DNA of 64,000 bases. It comes from Candidatus Methylomirabilota bacterium (GTDB lineage: Bacteria; Methylomirabilota; Methylomirabilia; Rokubacteriales; CSP1-6). Below are positions 1 to 9,156 of the stretch, in pieces; the stretch's first letter is position 1, and each line of letters opens with the position of its first letter. The notes below the pieces were generated by a model that searched no databases, was not told where the DNA came from, and saw only the letters and a program-made list of their open reading frames with translations. Location: the NCBI GenBank assembly GCA_035709005.1, contig DASTFB010000101.1, positions 1,483 to 65,482 on the forward strand. Direction: 5' to 3'. The position numbers and the translations under genes are program-made.

Positions 1-431
1 CGGCGCCGCTGGGCGTGTTCGCGGCCCTGGCTGCTCTGGGGTTCGGGCTGATCGCCGGCCGGGCCCGCGAGCTGAACCTGCTCGCATTGGGCGAGGAGGC
101 CGCGCTACAGCTGGGGGTCCACGCCGAGCGGCTCAAGATCCGGATCTTCGTGGGCTCGGCGCTGCTCACCGCTAGCGTCGTCGCGTTCGCCGGCCCCATC
201 GGCTTCGTCGGGCTCGTGGTGCCCCACGCGCTGCGGCTCGTCCTGGGGCCGGACAATCGGGTGCTGACGCCCGCCGCCCTGGTGGCCGGGGGCGCCTTCC
301 TGCTCGCCGCCGACACGCTGGCCCGCAACGTCGTCGCTCCCGCCGAGCTCTCGGTCGGCGTCATCACCTCGTTCTGCGGCGCGCCGGTCTTCGTCTATCT
401 CCTGCGCTCGCGCCCGCGCGGCAGCCTGTGA
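1..431 (+). CDS. FecCD-family ABC transporter permease (iron-siderophore/cobalamin type), C-terminal part; 5' end outside the window
   Basis: ORF open to the window start. Hydrophobic C-terminal TM segments typical of BtuC/FhuB-type permeases. The next gene starts on its stop (GTGA overlap). Confidence 0.7.
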   Translation, partial: APLGVFAALAALGFGLIAGRARELNLLALGEEAALQLGVHAERLKIRIFVGSALLTASVVAFAGPIGFVGLVVPHALRLVLGPDNRVLTPAALVAGGAFLLAADTLARNVVAPAELSVGVITSFCGAPVFVYLLRSRPRGSL

Positions 432-1264
432 GCGCGCGGCTGGACGTCGTCGGCGTCGATTTCGCGTACGCCGCGGAGCGGCGCCGGCGGGCGCGCCCCT
501 TCGGCCTGTCGGGGATCACGTTCACCCTCGCGCCCGGCGAGCTTCTCGGCGTGATCGGCCCCAACAGCGCCGGCAAGACGACGCTGATCCGCCTCCTGAC
601 CCGGGTCCTGGAGCCCACCGCGGGCGACATCCGCCTGGACGGGACCTCGCTGCGCCGCCTCGCGCGCGGCGAGCTGGCGCGCCACGTGGCGGTGGTTCCG
701 CAGGACGTCCCGCAGGCGCTGCCCTTCACCGTGGAGCAGGTCGTGCTCATGGGCCGTTATCCTCACGCCCCGCACCGCTTCTTCGAGACCGCGGCCGATG
801 TCGCGGTCGCGCGCGCCGCCATGGACATCACCGGGGTCGCCGACCTGGCCCAGGCCCCCATGCAGAGCCTGAGCGGTGGCGAGCGCCAGCGCGTTGCGCT
901 GGCGCGGGCCCTGGCTCAGGAGCCCCGGTTGCTGGTGCTGGACGAGCCCACCGCGCACCTCGACCTGCGCTATCAAGCGGAATGCGCGGCGCTGCTGCGC
1001 TCGGTCAATCGCCAGCGCGGCGTGAGCGTGCTCCTCGTGTCGCACGATCTCAACCTGGCCGCCGAGGTGTCCGACCGTCTGCTCCTCATGAGCGAGGGGC
1101 GCGTGGCCCGGCTCGGCCAGCCCGCCAGCGTGCTGGCGGAGGAGCTGCTGACGGCCGTCTACGGGTGCCCGGTGGTCGTCGACCGCCATGCCGTGACGGG
1201 GCGCCCGGTGGTGCAGGTGGCGTGGGCGCCGGCGCCCTCACGCGCCGGCCGCGAGGGGAGGTGA
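428..1264 (+). CDS. ABC transporter ATP-binding protein (FecE/BtuD/FhuC-like)
   Basis: Walker A GPNSAGKTT, signature LSGGERQRV, Walker B LLVLDEPT, H-loop. GTG start overlaps the upstream stop. Confidence 0.85.
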   Translation: MSARLDVVGVDFAYAAERRRRARPFGLSGITFTLAPGELLGVIGPNSAGKTTLIRLLTRVLEPTAGDIRLDGTSLRRLARGELARHVAVVPQDVPQALPFTVEQVVLMGRYPHAPHRFFETAADVAVARAAMDITGVADLAQAPMQSLSGGERQRVALARALAQEPRLLVLDEPTAHLDLRYQAECAALLRSVNRQRGVSVLLVSHDLNLAAEVSDRLLLMSEGRVARLGQPASVLAEELLTAVYGCPVVVDRHAVTGRPVVQVAWAPAPSRAGREGR

Positions 1265-1289
1265 GCGGCGCGCTCTAGAGCCAATCGAC

Positions 1290-1495
1290 ATACCCCGAGG
1301 TGAGGGAAGCCGGTGAGGCCCGACCCCGGGCCGAGGCCGGCACGGTCCCGCCACTGTGAGTGGGGAGCGCCGTCCCGTTCCGCGCGCGCGGAGCCACTGT
1401 CGGACGTCACGTCGTCGAGGACGACGGAGGCGCGATGGGAAGGTGGGGCGGACGCGACGATCCACGAGTCAGGAGACCCGCCCGGGGAGCTGCTT
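1290..1495 (+). promoter_or_regulatory. Cobalamin (AdoCbl) riboswitch in the leader of the TonB-dependent receptor gene
   Basis: Conserved core AGGGAAGCCGGTGAG...GGTCCCGCCACTGTGAG at ~1303-1360. B12 box AGTCAGGAGACCCGCC at 1467-1482. It lies immediately upstream of the receptor RBS/ATG at 1526. Confidence 0.8.
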
Positions 1496-1525
1496 CGAAC
1501 CCCTTTCGCGGAAAAGGAGTGAAGC

Positions 1526-3466
1526 ATGAAGCGCAGGGTGGGAGCCATCGTGATCGGACCCGTCGTGGCGGCGGCCCTGGCCATGCCGGCCCAGGGCCAG
1601 GAGGAGACGAAGCTGGAGCCGGTCGTCGTGACCGCCACCAAGATCGAGACGCCGTCGGAGCGCCTGGGCGCTGCCGTCACCGTCATCAGCGAGGACGACA
1701 TCCGCGCCTATCGGTGGGAGACCGTCGGGGATGCGCTCCGGCACGTGCCCGGCGTCGACGTCCAGCGCTCGGGGACACTCGGCAAGACCACGACCCTCCG
1801 CATCCGGGGTGCCACACCCCAGCAGGTGCAGGTCCTGGTGGACGGCGTCCGGGCGAAGAGCCCGACCGCCGGCCTGGTCGAGCTGGCCGATATCGCCATC
1901 GACCAGATCGAGCGCATCGAGGTCGTGCGGGGGCCACAGTCCACCATCTACGGCGCCGACGCCATCGGTGGCGTCGTCAACATCATCACCAAGCGCGGCC
2001 GCGGTCCCTTCTCGAGCTACGCCTCCCTGGAGGCCGGCAACGACGACACCCATCGGGAGCGCGCCGGCTTCAGCGGCAGCGCGGGGATCTTCGATTACTC
2101 GCTGGGCGGCTCCTGGTTCGCCAGCCAGGGGCAATTGCCCAACGACGCCACCGAGCAGGGGGCCGTGAGCACCCGGCTCGGCCTGACCTTGCCTCGCGAC
2201 GGCCACCTCGGGGTGAGCTCCCGCTACACCAGCACGGCGTCGGAGCTGCCCCTCGACGGGCTCACGCCGACGCCTCAGAGCCCGTTCTTCCTGCTCGATC
2301 CCAACGCCGACCAGGACAGCGACACCCTCACCCTGGCGCTGGAGTGGACCCACAAGCCCGTCGCCTGGTTCGAGGCGCGGGCCCGCTACGGCGTGTTCTG
2401 GAACTGGCTCACCTTCCGGGATCCGGCGACGCCGGAGGACGCGGCGGCCGGCAACCAGGACCTCCTCTTCGGCGCGACCCGCTCCCGGATCGACACCAAC
2501 CGCCAGGAGGTCGAGGTCGTCACCGCCTGGCACGCCGGGAAGTGGAACACGCTGACGGTGGGCGGCGAGTACCAGACCGAATCCGGCACGATCGACTCGG
2601 TCAGCGGCGGCTTCGCGACGGAGCTCGACGAGCGCCTGCACACCACCTCGTGGTTCGTGCAGGACGAGCTGCGCCTGTTCGACCGGCTGATCCTGTCCGC
2701 CGGGCGCCGCTGGGACGATCACAGCAGCTTCGGCGACGTCGCCACCGACCGCGCCTCAGCCGTGCTCCTGATCCGCGAGACCGGCACCAAACTCCGGGGA
2801 ACCTGGGGCGAGGGGTTCCGGGCGCCCACGATCAACGATCTGTTCTTTCCGGGCTTCGCCAACCCCGACCTGGAGCCCGAGCGCAGCGAGAGCTGGGACG
2901 CCGGCGTCGACCAGCGGTTGTGGCGTGACCGCGTCCGGCTCGGCGCCACCTACTTCCACAACCATTTCCGCAACCTGATCCAGCTCACGTTCGACGCATC
3001 GCAGTGCCCGCCCGGCAACCCGTTCGGCTGCCCGATCAACGTCGGTCGGGCCCGGACGGAGGGGCTCGAGGTCTCCGTCGCCGTCGACCTCCTCGACACG
3101 CTGACGCTGTCCGGGGGCTACACCTACACGGACACGGAGGATCTCGCCACGAACCGGCCGCTGCGCCGCTTTCCCCGCCATCGCTACACGGCTGGCCTCA
3201 CCTGGGAGCCGGTCAACACGGTGAGCCTCTTCGCCGAGGCCCAGGTGGTGTCGAGCCAGTTCGAGCAGGAAGGCCTGCCGAGCAATCCTGGCCACCACCG
3301 CATCGACGTGGGGGGAGTCTGGCGGATCGCGCCCCGGCGGGGCACGGCCCCGGCACTCGACCTCACCGTGCGCGTGAACAACGTCACCGACGAGGATTAC
3401 ATGGAGGTGCTCGGCTTCCCGGCACCGGGCATCAACTTCCTCGCCGGGCTGCAGGCGCGCTACTGA
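1526..3466 (+). CDS. btuB: TonB-dependent outer-membrane receptor (BtuB-like cobalamin/corrinoid receptor)
   Basis: Signal peptide, TonB box region (PVVVTAT) and plug domain. C-terminal ...FLAGLQARY ends in an aromatic residue. Preceded by the cobalamin riboswitch and a strong RBS AAAAGGAG. Confidence 0.8.
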   Translation: MKRRVGAIVIGPVVAAALAMPAQGQEETKLEPVVVTATKIETPSERLGAAVTVISEDDIRAYRWETVGDALRHVPGVDVQRSGTLGKTTTLRIRGATPQQVQVLVDGVRAKSPTAGLVELADIAIDQIERIEVVRGPQSTIYGADAIGGVVNIITKRGRGPFSSYASLEAGNDDTHRERAGFSGSAGIFDYSLGGSWFASQGQLPNDATEQGAVSTRLGLTLPRDGHLGVSSRYTSTASELPLDGLTPTPQSPFFLLDPNADQDSDTLTLALEWTHKPVAWFEARARYGVFWNWLTFRDPATPEDAAAGNQDLLFGATRSRIDTNRQEVEVVTAWHAGKWNTLTVGGEYQTESGTIDSVSGGFATELDERLHTTSWFVQDELRLFDRLILSAGRRWDDHSSFGDVATDRASAVLLIRETGTKLRGTWGEGFRAPTINDLFFPGFANPDLEPERSESWDAGVDQRLWRDRVRLGATYFHNHFRNLIQLTFDASQCPPGNPFGCPINVGRARTEGLEVSVAVDLLDTLTLSGGYTYTDTEDLATNRPLRRFPRHRYTAGLTWEPVNTVSLFAEAQVVSSQFEQEGLPSNPGHHRIDVGGVWRIAPRRGTAPALDLTVRVNNVTDEDYMEVLGFPAPGINFLAGLQARY

Positions 3467-3474
3467 GCTCGGGC

Positions 3475-4488
3475 GTGAGCCGACGACCGTTGCGCGGGCT
3501 GGTGACCTCGCTCCTGCTCCACGTCGTCCTGGTGACCGCTGCGTTGGCTGTGTTGCCGCGCAGCGAGCTGCTCCCTGCGCTCTTCGTCGACCTCACGGCG
3601 TCCGACGTGGGCGAGCGGCAGCCGACCGCGGCGATGTCCACGTCCGCGTCGAAGCCATCGCGCGCCCCTGCGGCAATCCGCCGGCAGAGCACGGCGTCGT
3701 CGTCGACGGTCCCGGTAGTGGAGGAGCGCCCGCAGGTCGCATCCGCGCCGCCCAGGGCGACGGTACCCGAGGCGCCTGTCCCGTCTTCGCCACCCGAGCC
3801 GCCCGCGCCCGAACGGCGCGAGCTCGAGCCTGTTCCGCAGCGAGCTCCGTTGCCCGCGCCGGAGCGTCCGCCGACTGGGCCAGAGGTCTCGCCGCCACCA
3901 GCGGCTCTGCCCGCCGCCGCGCCGGTGGAGCCGGAATTGGCGTCACGCAGCGTGGCGTCTGCCGACGCCGGCCCGGCACGCCAGGCCTCGCCAGCGCCGC
4001 CGGAGAGAGCGGGCGGCGATCCCGCTGCCGCCGCAGAGACCGCTGCCAGCGAAACCGCTGCCTCTCCAGCAAGCGACAGTGTGGCGGTCGGCCACGACCG
4101 CACCGGACGGGAGGCACACGATGACGCCAGTGATGCGAGTCCCTCGGAGCAGGGGCTGGCCCGGGGCTCTCCGACCGGCGAGGGCGGTGAAGCGCTGCCG
4201 GGCGTCTACAGAGACTATCTGGCCGGACTGCGTCAGCGCATCCACGAGGCGCTACGCTATCCGCCCGCAGCTCGCCGCCGCGGTCTCACCGGCGCCGTCA
4301 CCATCGAGCTCACGGTCTTGCCGAGCGGAGTCATCAGCGACGTCAAGGTCGTGCACTCGTCGTCGCACTCGCTGCTCGACGATGCGGCCGTCGAAACGGT
4401 GCAAGAGCTGCGAGCGCAGCGGTTCCCCCCGAACGTGCCCGCCCGTCCGCTCCGTGTTCGCCTGCCAGTAGTCTTCCAGCTCGAGTGA
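3475..4488 (+). CDS. tonB: Energy transducer TonB (N-terminal TM anchor, Pro-rich spacer, TonB C-terminal domain)
   Basis: GTG start 8 nt after the btuB stop. TM helix LVTSLLLHVVLVTAALAV, Pro/Ala-rich linker, C-terminal TonB_C motif ...YPPAARRRGLTGAVTIELTVLPSGVISDVKVVHSS... Confidence 0.8.
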   Translation: MSRRPLRGLVTSLLLHVVLVTAALAVLPRSELLPALFVDLTASDVGERQPTAAMSTSASKPSRAPAAIRRQSTASSSTVPVVEERPQVASAPPRATVPEAPVPSSPPEPPAPERRELEPVPQRAPLPAPERPPTGPEVSPPPAALPAAAPVEPELASRSVASADAGPARQASPAPPERAGGDPAAAAETAASETAASPASDSVAVGHDRTGREAHDDASDASPSEQGLARGSPTGEGGEALPGVYRDYLAGLRQRIHEALRYPPAARRRGLTGAVTIELTVLPSGVISDVKVVHSSSHSLLDDAAVETVQELRAQRFPPNVPARPLRVRLPVVFQLE

Positions 4489-4784
4489 GCAGAAGAGAAT
4501 ATCCGACAGATAGTTACGGCTCGTAGAGTGCTGAATAACTCAACCTCGTTCGGTGCGGCGTCAGCCATGCGCCCCTGGCCAGCGGAGCTCGCGCCGGTCG
4601 AGCAGGCCTCGCGGGCAGATGGGGCTCCGCCCGGACGAGGTGAGCGTGCTCCGTCCTGCGTGCCCGCAGAACGCGGCGAAGCCGGCGAAAACAAGCGGGC
4701 TTTTTTTTCGGCACGCCCGGGTGCCGCCGGTATCATGTGGCGTGATCGCCGCCACTGGCGGCGATTTTGGTTCTGGCGGGGGCG

Positions 4785-6443
4785 ATGTCGAGGAGCATCA
4801 CCGAGCGGTTGACCGAAGGAGTGAAGACGGCGCTCGCCGCAGCGGGGCTGCCCGAGCCGGACGCTTGCCTGTGGGAAGTGCCCCGCCAGGCCGAGCATGG
4901 CGACTACGCGACGAACACCGCGATGACGCTCGCCAGGGCGGCGCGGCGACCGCCCCGGCAGATCGCCGAGCAGATCGTCCGGCACTTCCCGCCGCTGTCC
5001 GAGGTCGAGCGGATCGAAGTCGCCGGCCCCGGGTTTCTCAACGTCGTGCTGGCGCCCGCGTGGTGCGCGGCTGCGCTCCGCGACATCCTGAGCCTCGGCG
5101 TGGGCTTCGTGCGGGGCGAGAGCTTCCGTGACCGGCGCGTGCGCCTGGAGTTCGTCTCGGCGAACCCGACCGGGCCGCTGGTCATCGTGAACGCGCGGGC
5201 CGCCGCCATCGGCGACGCGCTGGCGCGGCTGCTCCGGGCTCAGGGCGCGCGGGTGACGACCGAGTATTACGTGAACGACGCGGGCACGCAGTTCGAAGCC
5301 CTGGCGCGGTCGTTCGAGGCGCGGGTCCGGCAGGCGCTGGGCGAGGCGGCCCCGCTGCCCGAGAACGGCTATCCCGGCGAGTACCTCGTGGATCTGGCCG
5401 CCGACTATCTGCGCGAGGGCGGCGCCCCGCCCGCCGAGCTGCCGGCCGACCGGCGCGTGGAGCACCTGGGGCGCTGGGTGGTGGCCCGGATCGTCGAGCA
5501 GCAGCGGGCCGTCCTGCGCGCGTACGGCGTGGAGTTCGACTGCTGGACGTCCGAGCAGCGCGACGTGCGCGACCGCCACCTGTCCGAGAAGGCGCTCGAC
5601 GAGCTGGCCTCCCGGGGCCTCACCCACGAGCACGAGGGCGCCCTGTGGTTCCGATCGCCCGAGTTCGGCGACGACAAGGACCGCGTGCTGCGGCGCTCCA
5701 ACGGCGAGGTGACGTACTTCGCCGTCGACGTGGCGAACCACCACTACCTGAAGTTCCCGGGCGCCGACCGCGTGATCGACCTCTTCGGGCCCGACCACCA
5801 CGGCTACGTGCCGAGGCTGCGGGCGGCCATGGAGGCCCTGGGCCATCCGCCCCAGGCCTTCGAGGTCCTGATCGTCCAGCTCGTGACGCTGCTGCGCGAT
5901 GGCCAGCCGGTGCGCATGTCCAAGCGCCGGGGAGAGTTCGTCTTGATGGAGGAGCTGCTGGAGGAGGTCGGGCGCGATGCCGCCCGCTTCACGTTCCTGA
6001 CCCGCCGTCACGACAGCCCGCTCGAGTTCGACCTCGCCGTCGCCACGCGCCAGTCCGCCGAGAATCCCGTCTACTACGTCCAGTACGCCCACGCCCGCAT
6101 CCGCTCGATCGAAAAGCAGCTGGCCGAGCAGGGGATCCAGGTGCCGCCCTGGAGCGCGGTGGACCTCGAGGTCCTGCGCGCGGGCGAGGAGCTGGCCCTG
6201 ATGAAGCGACTGGTGCAGCTGCCCGACGTCGTGGCCGGGGCGGCCCGCGCGCTGGAGCCCCACCGCGTCGCCTACTGGCTCTACGAGCTGGCCGGGCTCT
6301 TTCATCCGTACTACAAAGCTCACCGCGTGATCCAGGCCGACGAGCGGCTCATGTTCGCCCGACTAGCGCTCTGCACCGCCGTGGGCGAGGTGCTGCGCCA
6401 TGGGCTCGAGCTGCTCGGCGTGAGCGCCCCGGAGAGCATGTGA
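4785..6443 (+). CDS. argS: Arginine--tRNA ligase
   Basis: Full-length ArgS-like protein. It ends with the family-typical terminal Met (...APESM). The start was taken as ATG 4785; an alternative TTG lies at 4767. Confidence 0.9.
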   Translation: MSRSITERLTEGVKTALAAAGLPEPDACLWEVPRQAEHGDYATNTAMTLARAARRPPRQIAEQIVRHFPPLSEVERIEVAGPGFLNVVLAPAWCAAALRDILSLGVGFVRGESFRDRRVRLEFVSANPTGPLVIVNARAAAIGDALARLLRAQGARVTTEYYVNDAGTQFEALARSFEARVRQALGEAAPLPENGYPGEYLVDLAADYLREGGAPPAELPADRRVEHLGRWVVARIVEQQRAVLRAYGVEFDCWTSEQRDVRDRHLSEKALDELASRGLTHEHEGALWFRSPEFGDDKDRVLRRSNGEVTYFAVDVANHHYLKFPGADRVIDLFGPDHHGYVPRLRAAMEALGHPPQAFEVLIVQLVTLLRDGQPVRMSKRRGEFVLMEELLEEVGRDAARFTFLTRRHDSPLEFDLAVATRQSAENPVYYVQYAHARIRSIEKQLAEQGIQVPPWSAVDLEVLRAGEELALMKRLVQLPDVVAGAARALEPHRVAYWLYELAGLFHPYYKAHRVIQADERLMFARLALCTAVGEVLRHGLELLGVSAPESM

Positions 6444-7072
6444 GGCGGCGCGAGCCGACGTGGGGCAGCCAGACGGCGTCCGCCCTCGTCCTCGTCGGCT
6501 TCGTGGTCGTGGTCGGCTTCGTCTTCCTCGCCGGCGTGCTGGCGGGGCGTCACTGGCCGCGCCTGTTGCCGTCGCTGGGCGGTGTCCCCGCTCCGCGACC
6601 CGAGCCGGACACGCGCCGGGTGGCCCAACCCGAGCGGCCGCCCGCTCCGGTGCTCAGCTTCTACCAGGATCTGCGGGCGCCGCTGCCGCCGCAGCCGCTG
6701 CCGCCGCGGTCGCGGCCGCGACCATCCCCCCTGGCTGCGCCGGAGCCCGCCAGTCCCGAGACGCCCCGGCCGCCGGCGCGCGAGCGCGATCCCCTACCGG
6801 CGGTGGCGACCCGGCGAATGGCCGGGCCGGAGCTGCCCCGCCCGCGGTTCACCATCCAGGTCGCCGCCTTCCGCACACGCCCGCAGGCCGAGAACATGCG
6901 CCAGGCCCTCGTCAAGGGTGGCTACGACGCCTACGTCTCCGAGATCCAGGGGCCGAACGGGGCGCGCTATCGCGTGCGGGTCGGCACGTACCCCACGCGC
7001 GACAACGCCCAGGAGGCGGCCCGGCGCCTGGCCGCCGAGCGGCGGCTGACGACCTTCGTCACCGCTCGCTGA
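6440..7072 (+). CDS. SPOR domain-containing membrane protein (peptidoglycan-binding, DedD/FtsN-like)
   Basis: GTG start overlapping the argS stop. One TM helix (LVLVGFVVVVGFVFLAGVLAG), a Pro-rich linker and a C-terminal SPOR motif (FTIQVAAFRTRPQAENMRQAL...YRVRVGTYPTRDNAQEAARRL). Confidence 0.7.
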   Translation: MRRREPTWGSQTASALVLVGFVVVVGFVFLAGVLAGRHWPRLLPSLGGVPAPRPEPDTRRVAQPERPPAPVLSFYQDLRAPLPPQPLPPRSRPRPSPLAAPEPASPETPRPPARERDPLPAVATRRMAGPELPRPRFTIQVAAFRTRPQAENMRQALVKGGYDAYVSEIQGPNGARYRVRVGTYPTRDNAQEAARRLAAERRLTTFVTAR

Positions 7073-7107
7073 GCACGCGGGGGGTCGGCGCCCCAGCGAC
7101 GGTACGC

Positions 7108-7113
7108 CCGGTG
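7108..7113 (+). promoter_or_regulatory. Sigma70-type -10 hexamer TATAAT upstream of ftsH
   Basis: A perfect TATAAT is rare in this 70% GC context. It sits 16 nt before the ftsH ATG, and no SD sequence lies between them. Confidence 0.4.
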
Positions 7114-7129
7114 CTATAATTGAGCCCGC

Positions 7130-8947
7130 ATGAATCAGGTCTACAAAAACCTCGCGCTCTGGATGGTGATCGGCCTCATCGTCATCCTCCTGTTCACCGT
7201 CTTCCAGGGCGCGCAGCAGAGCGGGCACGAGCAGCCCAATTTCTCGGAGTTCCTGCGCGCGGTCGAGCAAGGGCGGGTCGACTCCGTGGTCATCCGCGGC
7301 AACCTGGTGACCTATACCCTCAGGGATAGCAGCCAGACACACCGCACGTACATCGTCGACTACCCGGACCTGATCAAGATGCTCCGCGAGCGCGGCGTGC
7401 GAATCGCCGTGAAGCCTCCGGACTCCAATCCCTGGTATGCGATCTTTCTCCAGTGGGTGCCCATGCTGCTGTTCATCGGCGTGTGGATCTTCTTCATGCG
7501 CCAGATGCAGGGTGGCGGGGCCAAGGCGCTGTCCTTCGGCAAGGCCCGGGCCCGGCTGATCTCCGAGAAGCACAACAAGGTCACCTTCGCGGACGTGGCC
7601 GGGGTCGACGAGGCCAAGGAAGAGCTGCGCGAGATCATCGACTTCCTGAAGGATCCGCAGAAGTTCCAGAAGCTCGGGGGCAAGATCCCCAAGGGCGTTC
7701 TCCTCGTCGGCCCCCCGGGCACCGGCAAGACGCTCCTGGCCAAGGCCATCGCCGGCGAAGCCAACGTGCCGTTCTTCTCGATCTCCGGGTCGGATTTCGT
7801 GGAGATGTTCGTGGGGGTCGGCGCCTCACGGGTGCGCGACCTGTTCGAGCAGGGCAAGAAGCACGCGCCCTGCATCATCTTCATGGACGAGATCGACGCC
7901 GTGGGCCGGCACCGCGGGGCGGGCCTGGGCGGCGGCCACGACGAGCGCGAGCAGACGCTCAACCAGCTCCTCGTCGAGATGGACGGCTTCGAGACCAACG
8001 AGGGCGTCATCCTGATCGCGGCCACCAACCGTCCCGACGTGCTGGACCCGGCGCTCCTGCGCCCCGGGCGCTTCGATCGGCAGGTCGTGGTGCCGCGGCC
8101 GGACGTGAAGGGTCGCGAGGAGATCCTGCGGGTTCATGCCCGGCGCATCCCGCTGGCGCCCGATGTGGAGCTCAAGGTCCTGGCCCGCGGCAGCCCGGGG
8201 TTCTCCGGCGCCGATCTCGCCAACCTGGTCAACGAGGCGGCCCTGCTGGCCGCTCGTCAGAACAAGAAGTTCGTCGAGATGCTCGACTTCGAGAACGCCA
8301 AAGACAAGGTTCTGATGGGAGTGGAGCGCCGCTCCATGATCATCAGCGACACCGAGAAGCGCACGATCGCCTACCACGAGGCCGGTCACGCGCTGGTCGC
8401 CGATTTCCTGCCCGGCACGGATCCCGTGCACAAGGTCACCATCATCCCGCGCGGGCGGGCCCTGGGCCTCACCCAGCAGCTGCCGCTCGACGACAAGTAC
8501 AACTACTCGCGGGAGTACCTCATCAACCGGATCACCATCCTGCTCGGCGGCCGCGCGGCCGAGGAGATCGTGCTCAACCAGCAGACCACGGGCGCCGGCG
8601 ACGATTTGGAGAAGGCCACCGAGATGGCCCGCAAGATGGTGTGCGAGTGGGGGATGTCCGACCGCCTCGGGCCGCTGACCTTCGGCAAGAACGAGGAGCA
8701 CATCTTCCTGGGCCGCGAGGTCGCCCGGCAGAAGGACTACAGCGAGGACACCGCCCTGATGATCGATGCCGAGATCAAGCGGATCGTCGTGGACTGCGCC
8801 GTCCGGGCCCGGCAGATCCTCGAGGAGAACATCGAGAAGCTCCACGCCCTGGCCCGCGCGCTCCTCGAGCGGGAGTCGCTGGACGGTGAGGAGATCGCGC
8901 GCATCCTCCGCACGCGACCGTTCTCGGAGGCTCCCGCCCCGGCCTGA
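7130..8947 (+). CDS. ftsH: ATP-dependent zinc metalloprotease FtsH
   Basis: Two N-terminal TM helices. AAA+ Walker A GPPGTGKT, Walker [12 protein letters not shown]. Zn-binding HEAGHA motif. Confidence 0.95.
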   Translation: MNQVYKNLALWMVIGLIVILLFTVFQGAQQSGHEQPNFSEFLRAVEQGRVDSVVIRGNLVTYTLRDSSQTHRTYIVDYPDLIKMLRERGVRIAVKPPDSNPWYAIFLQWVPMLLFIGVWIFFMRQMQGGGAKALSFGKARARLISEKHNKVTFADVAGVDEAKEELREIIDFLKDPQKFQKLGGKIPKGVLLVGPPGTGKTLLAKAIAGEANVPFFSISGSDFVEMFVGVGASRVRDLFEQGKKHAPCIIFMDEIDAVGRHRGAGLGGGHDEREQTLNQLLVEMDGFETNEGVILIAATNRPDVLDPALLRPGRFDRQVVVPRPDVKGREEILRVHARRIPLAPDVELKVLARGSPGFSGADLANLVNEAALLAARQNKKFVEMLDFENAKDKVLMGVERRSMIISDTEKRTIAYHEAGHALVADFLPGTDPVHKVTIIPRGRALGLTQQLPLDDKYNYSREYLINRITILLGGRAAEEIVLNQQTTGAGDDLEKATEMARKMVCEWGMSDRLGPLTFGKNEEHIFLGREVARQKDYSEDTALMIDAEIKRIVVDCAVRARQILEENIEKLHALARALLERESLDGEEIARILRTRPFSEAPAPA

Positions 8948-8956
8948 TCACGGTCG

Positions 8957-9096
8957 TCGAGGCGGGGTGAGCGGGGACTCGTGCTCGACCACGCTGCCCG
9001 ACACCACGCTGCGCCTGTCCGGGGGCCACGATGGATGCCCGGAATCGACACGACACCCAGAAGATACGGGTCTCACACGAGTCCCCGCTCACCCCG
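8957..9096. repeat. MITE-like element / long-stem hairpin: perfect 26-bp inverted repeats flanking an ~88-nt structured core
   Basis: 8957-8982 CGAGGCGGGGTGAGCGGGGACTCGTG is the exact reverse complement of 9071-9096. The core contains further internal hairpins (TCCGGG...CCCGGA). Confidence 0.55.
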
Positions 9097-9156
9097 CCTC
9101 GACGCCCTGAGCTCGGCGGCCCCTGATGCTCCTTACCGCCGCGCGCCCCGGATCGC

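Noticed and set aside
4700-4785. T-box leader upstream of argS.
   Set aside because: - No specifier loop or T-box consensus (AATTAGGGTGGNACCGCG) found.
- The region is kept only as a generic structured leader.
4257-6323. 688-aa ORF on the - strand antisense to argS. Similar giant antisense ORFs: 36345-39062 (-, 905 aa), 42615-44246 (-), 59197-60153 (-), 1360-2928 (+) and 5645-7072 (+, upstream part).
   Set aside because: - Arg/Gly/Pro/Ala-rich low-complexity translations typical of off-frame reading in 70% GC DNA.
- Each overlaps a well-supported conserved gene on the other strand or frame.
7453-8889. 478-aa alternative-frame ORF inside ftsH.
   Set aside because: - Off-frame translation of ftsH (Arg/Gly-rich).
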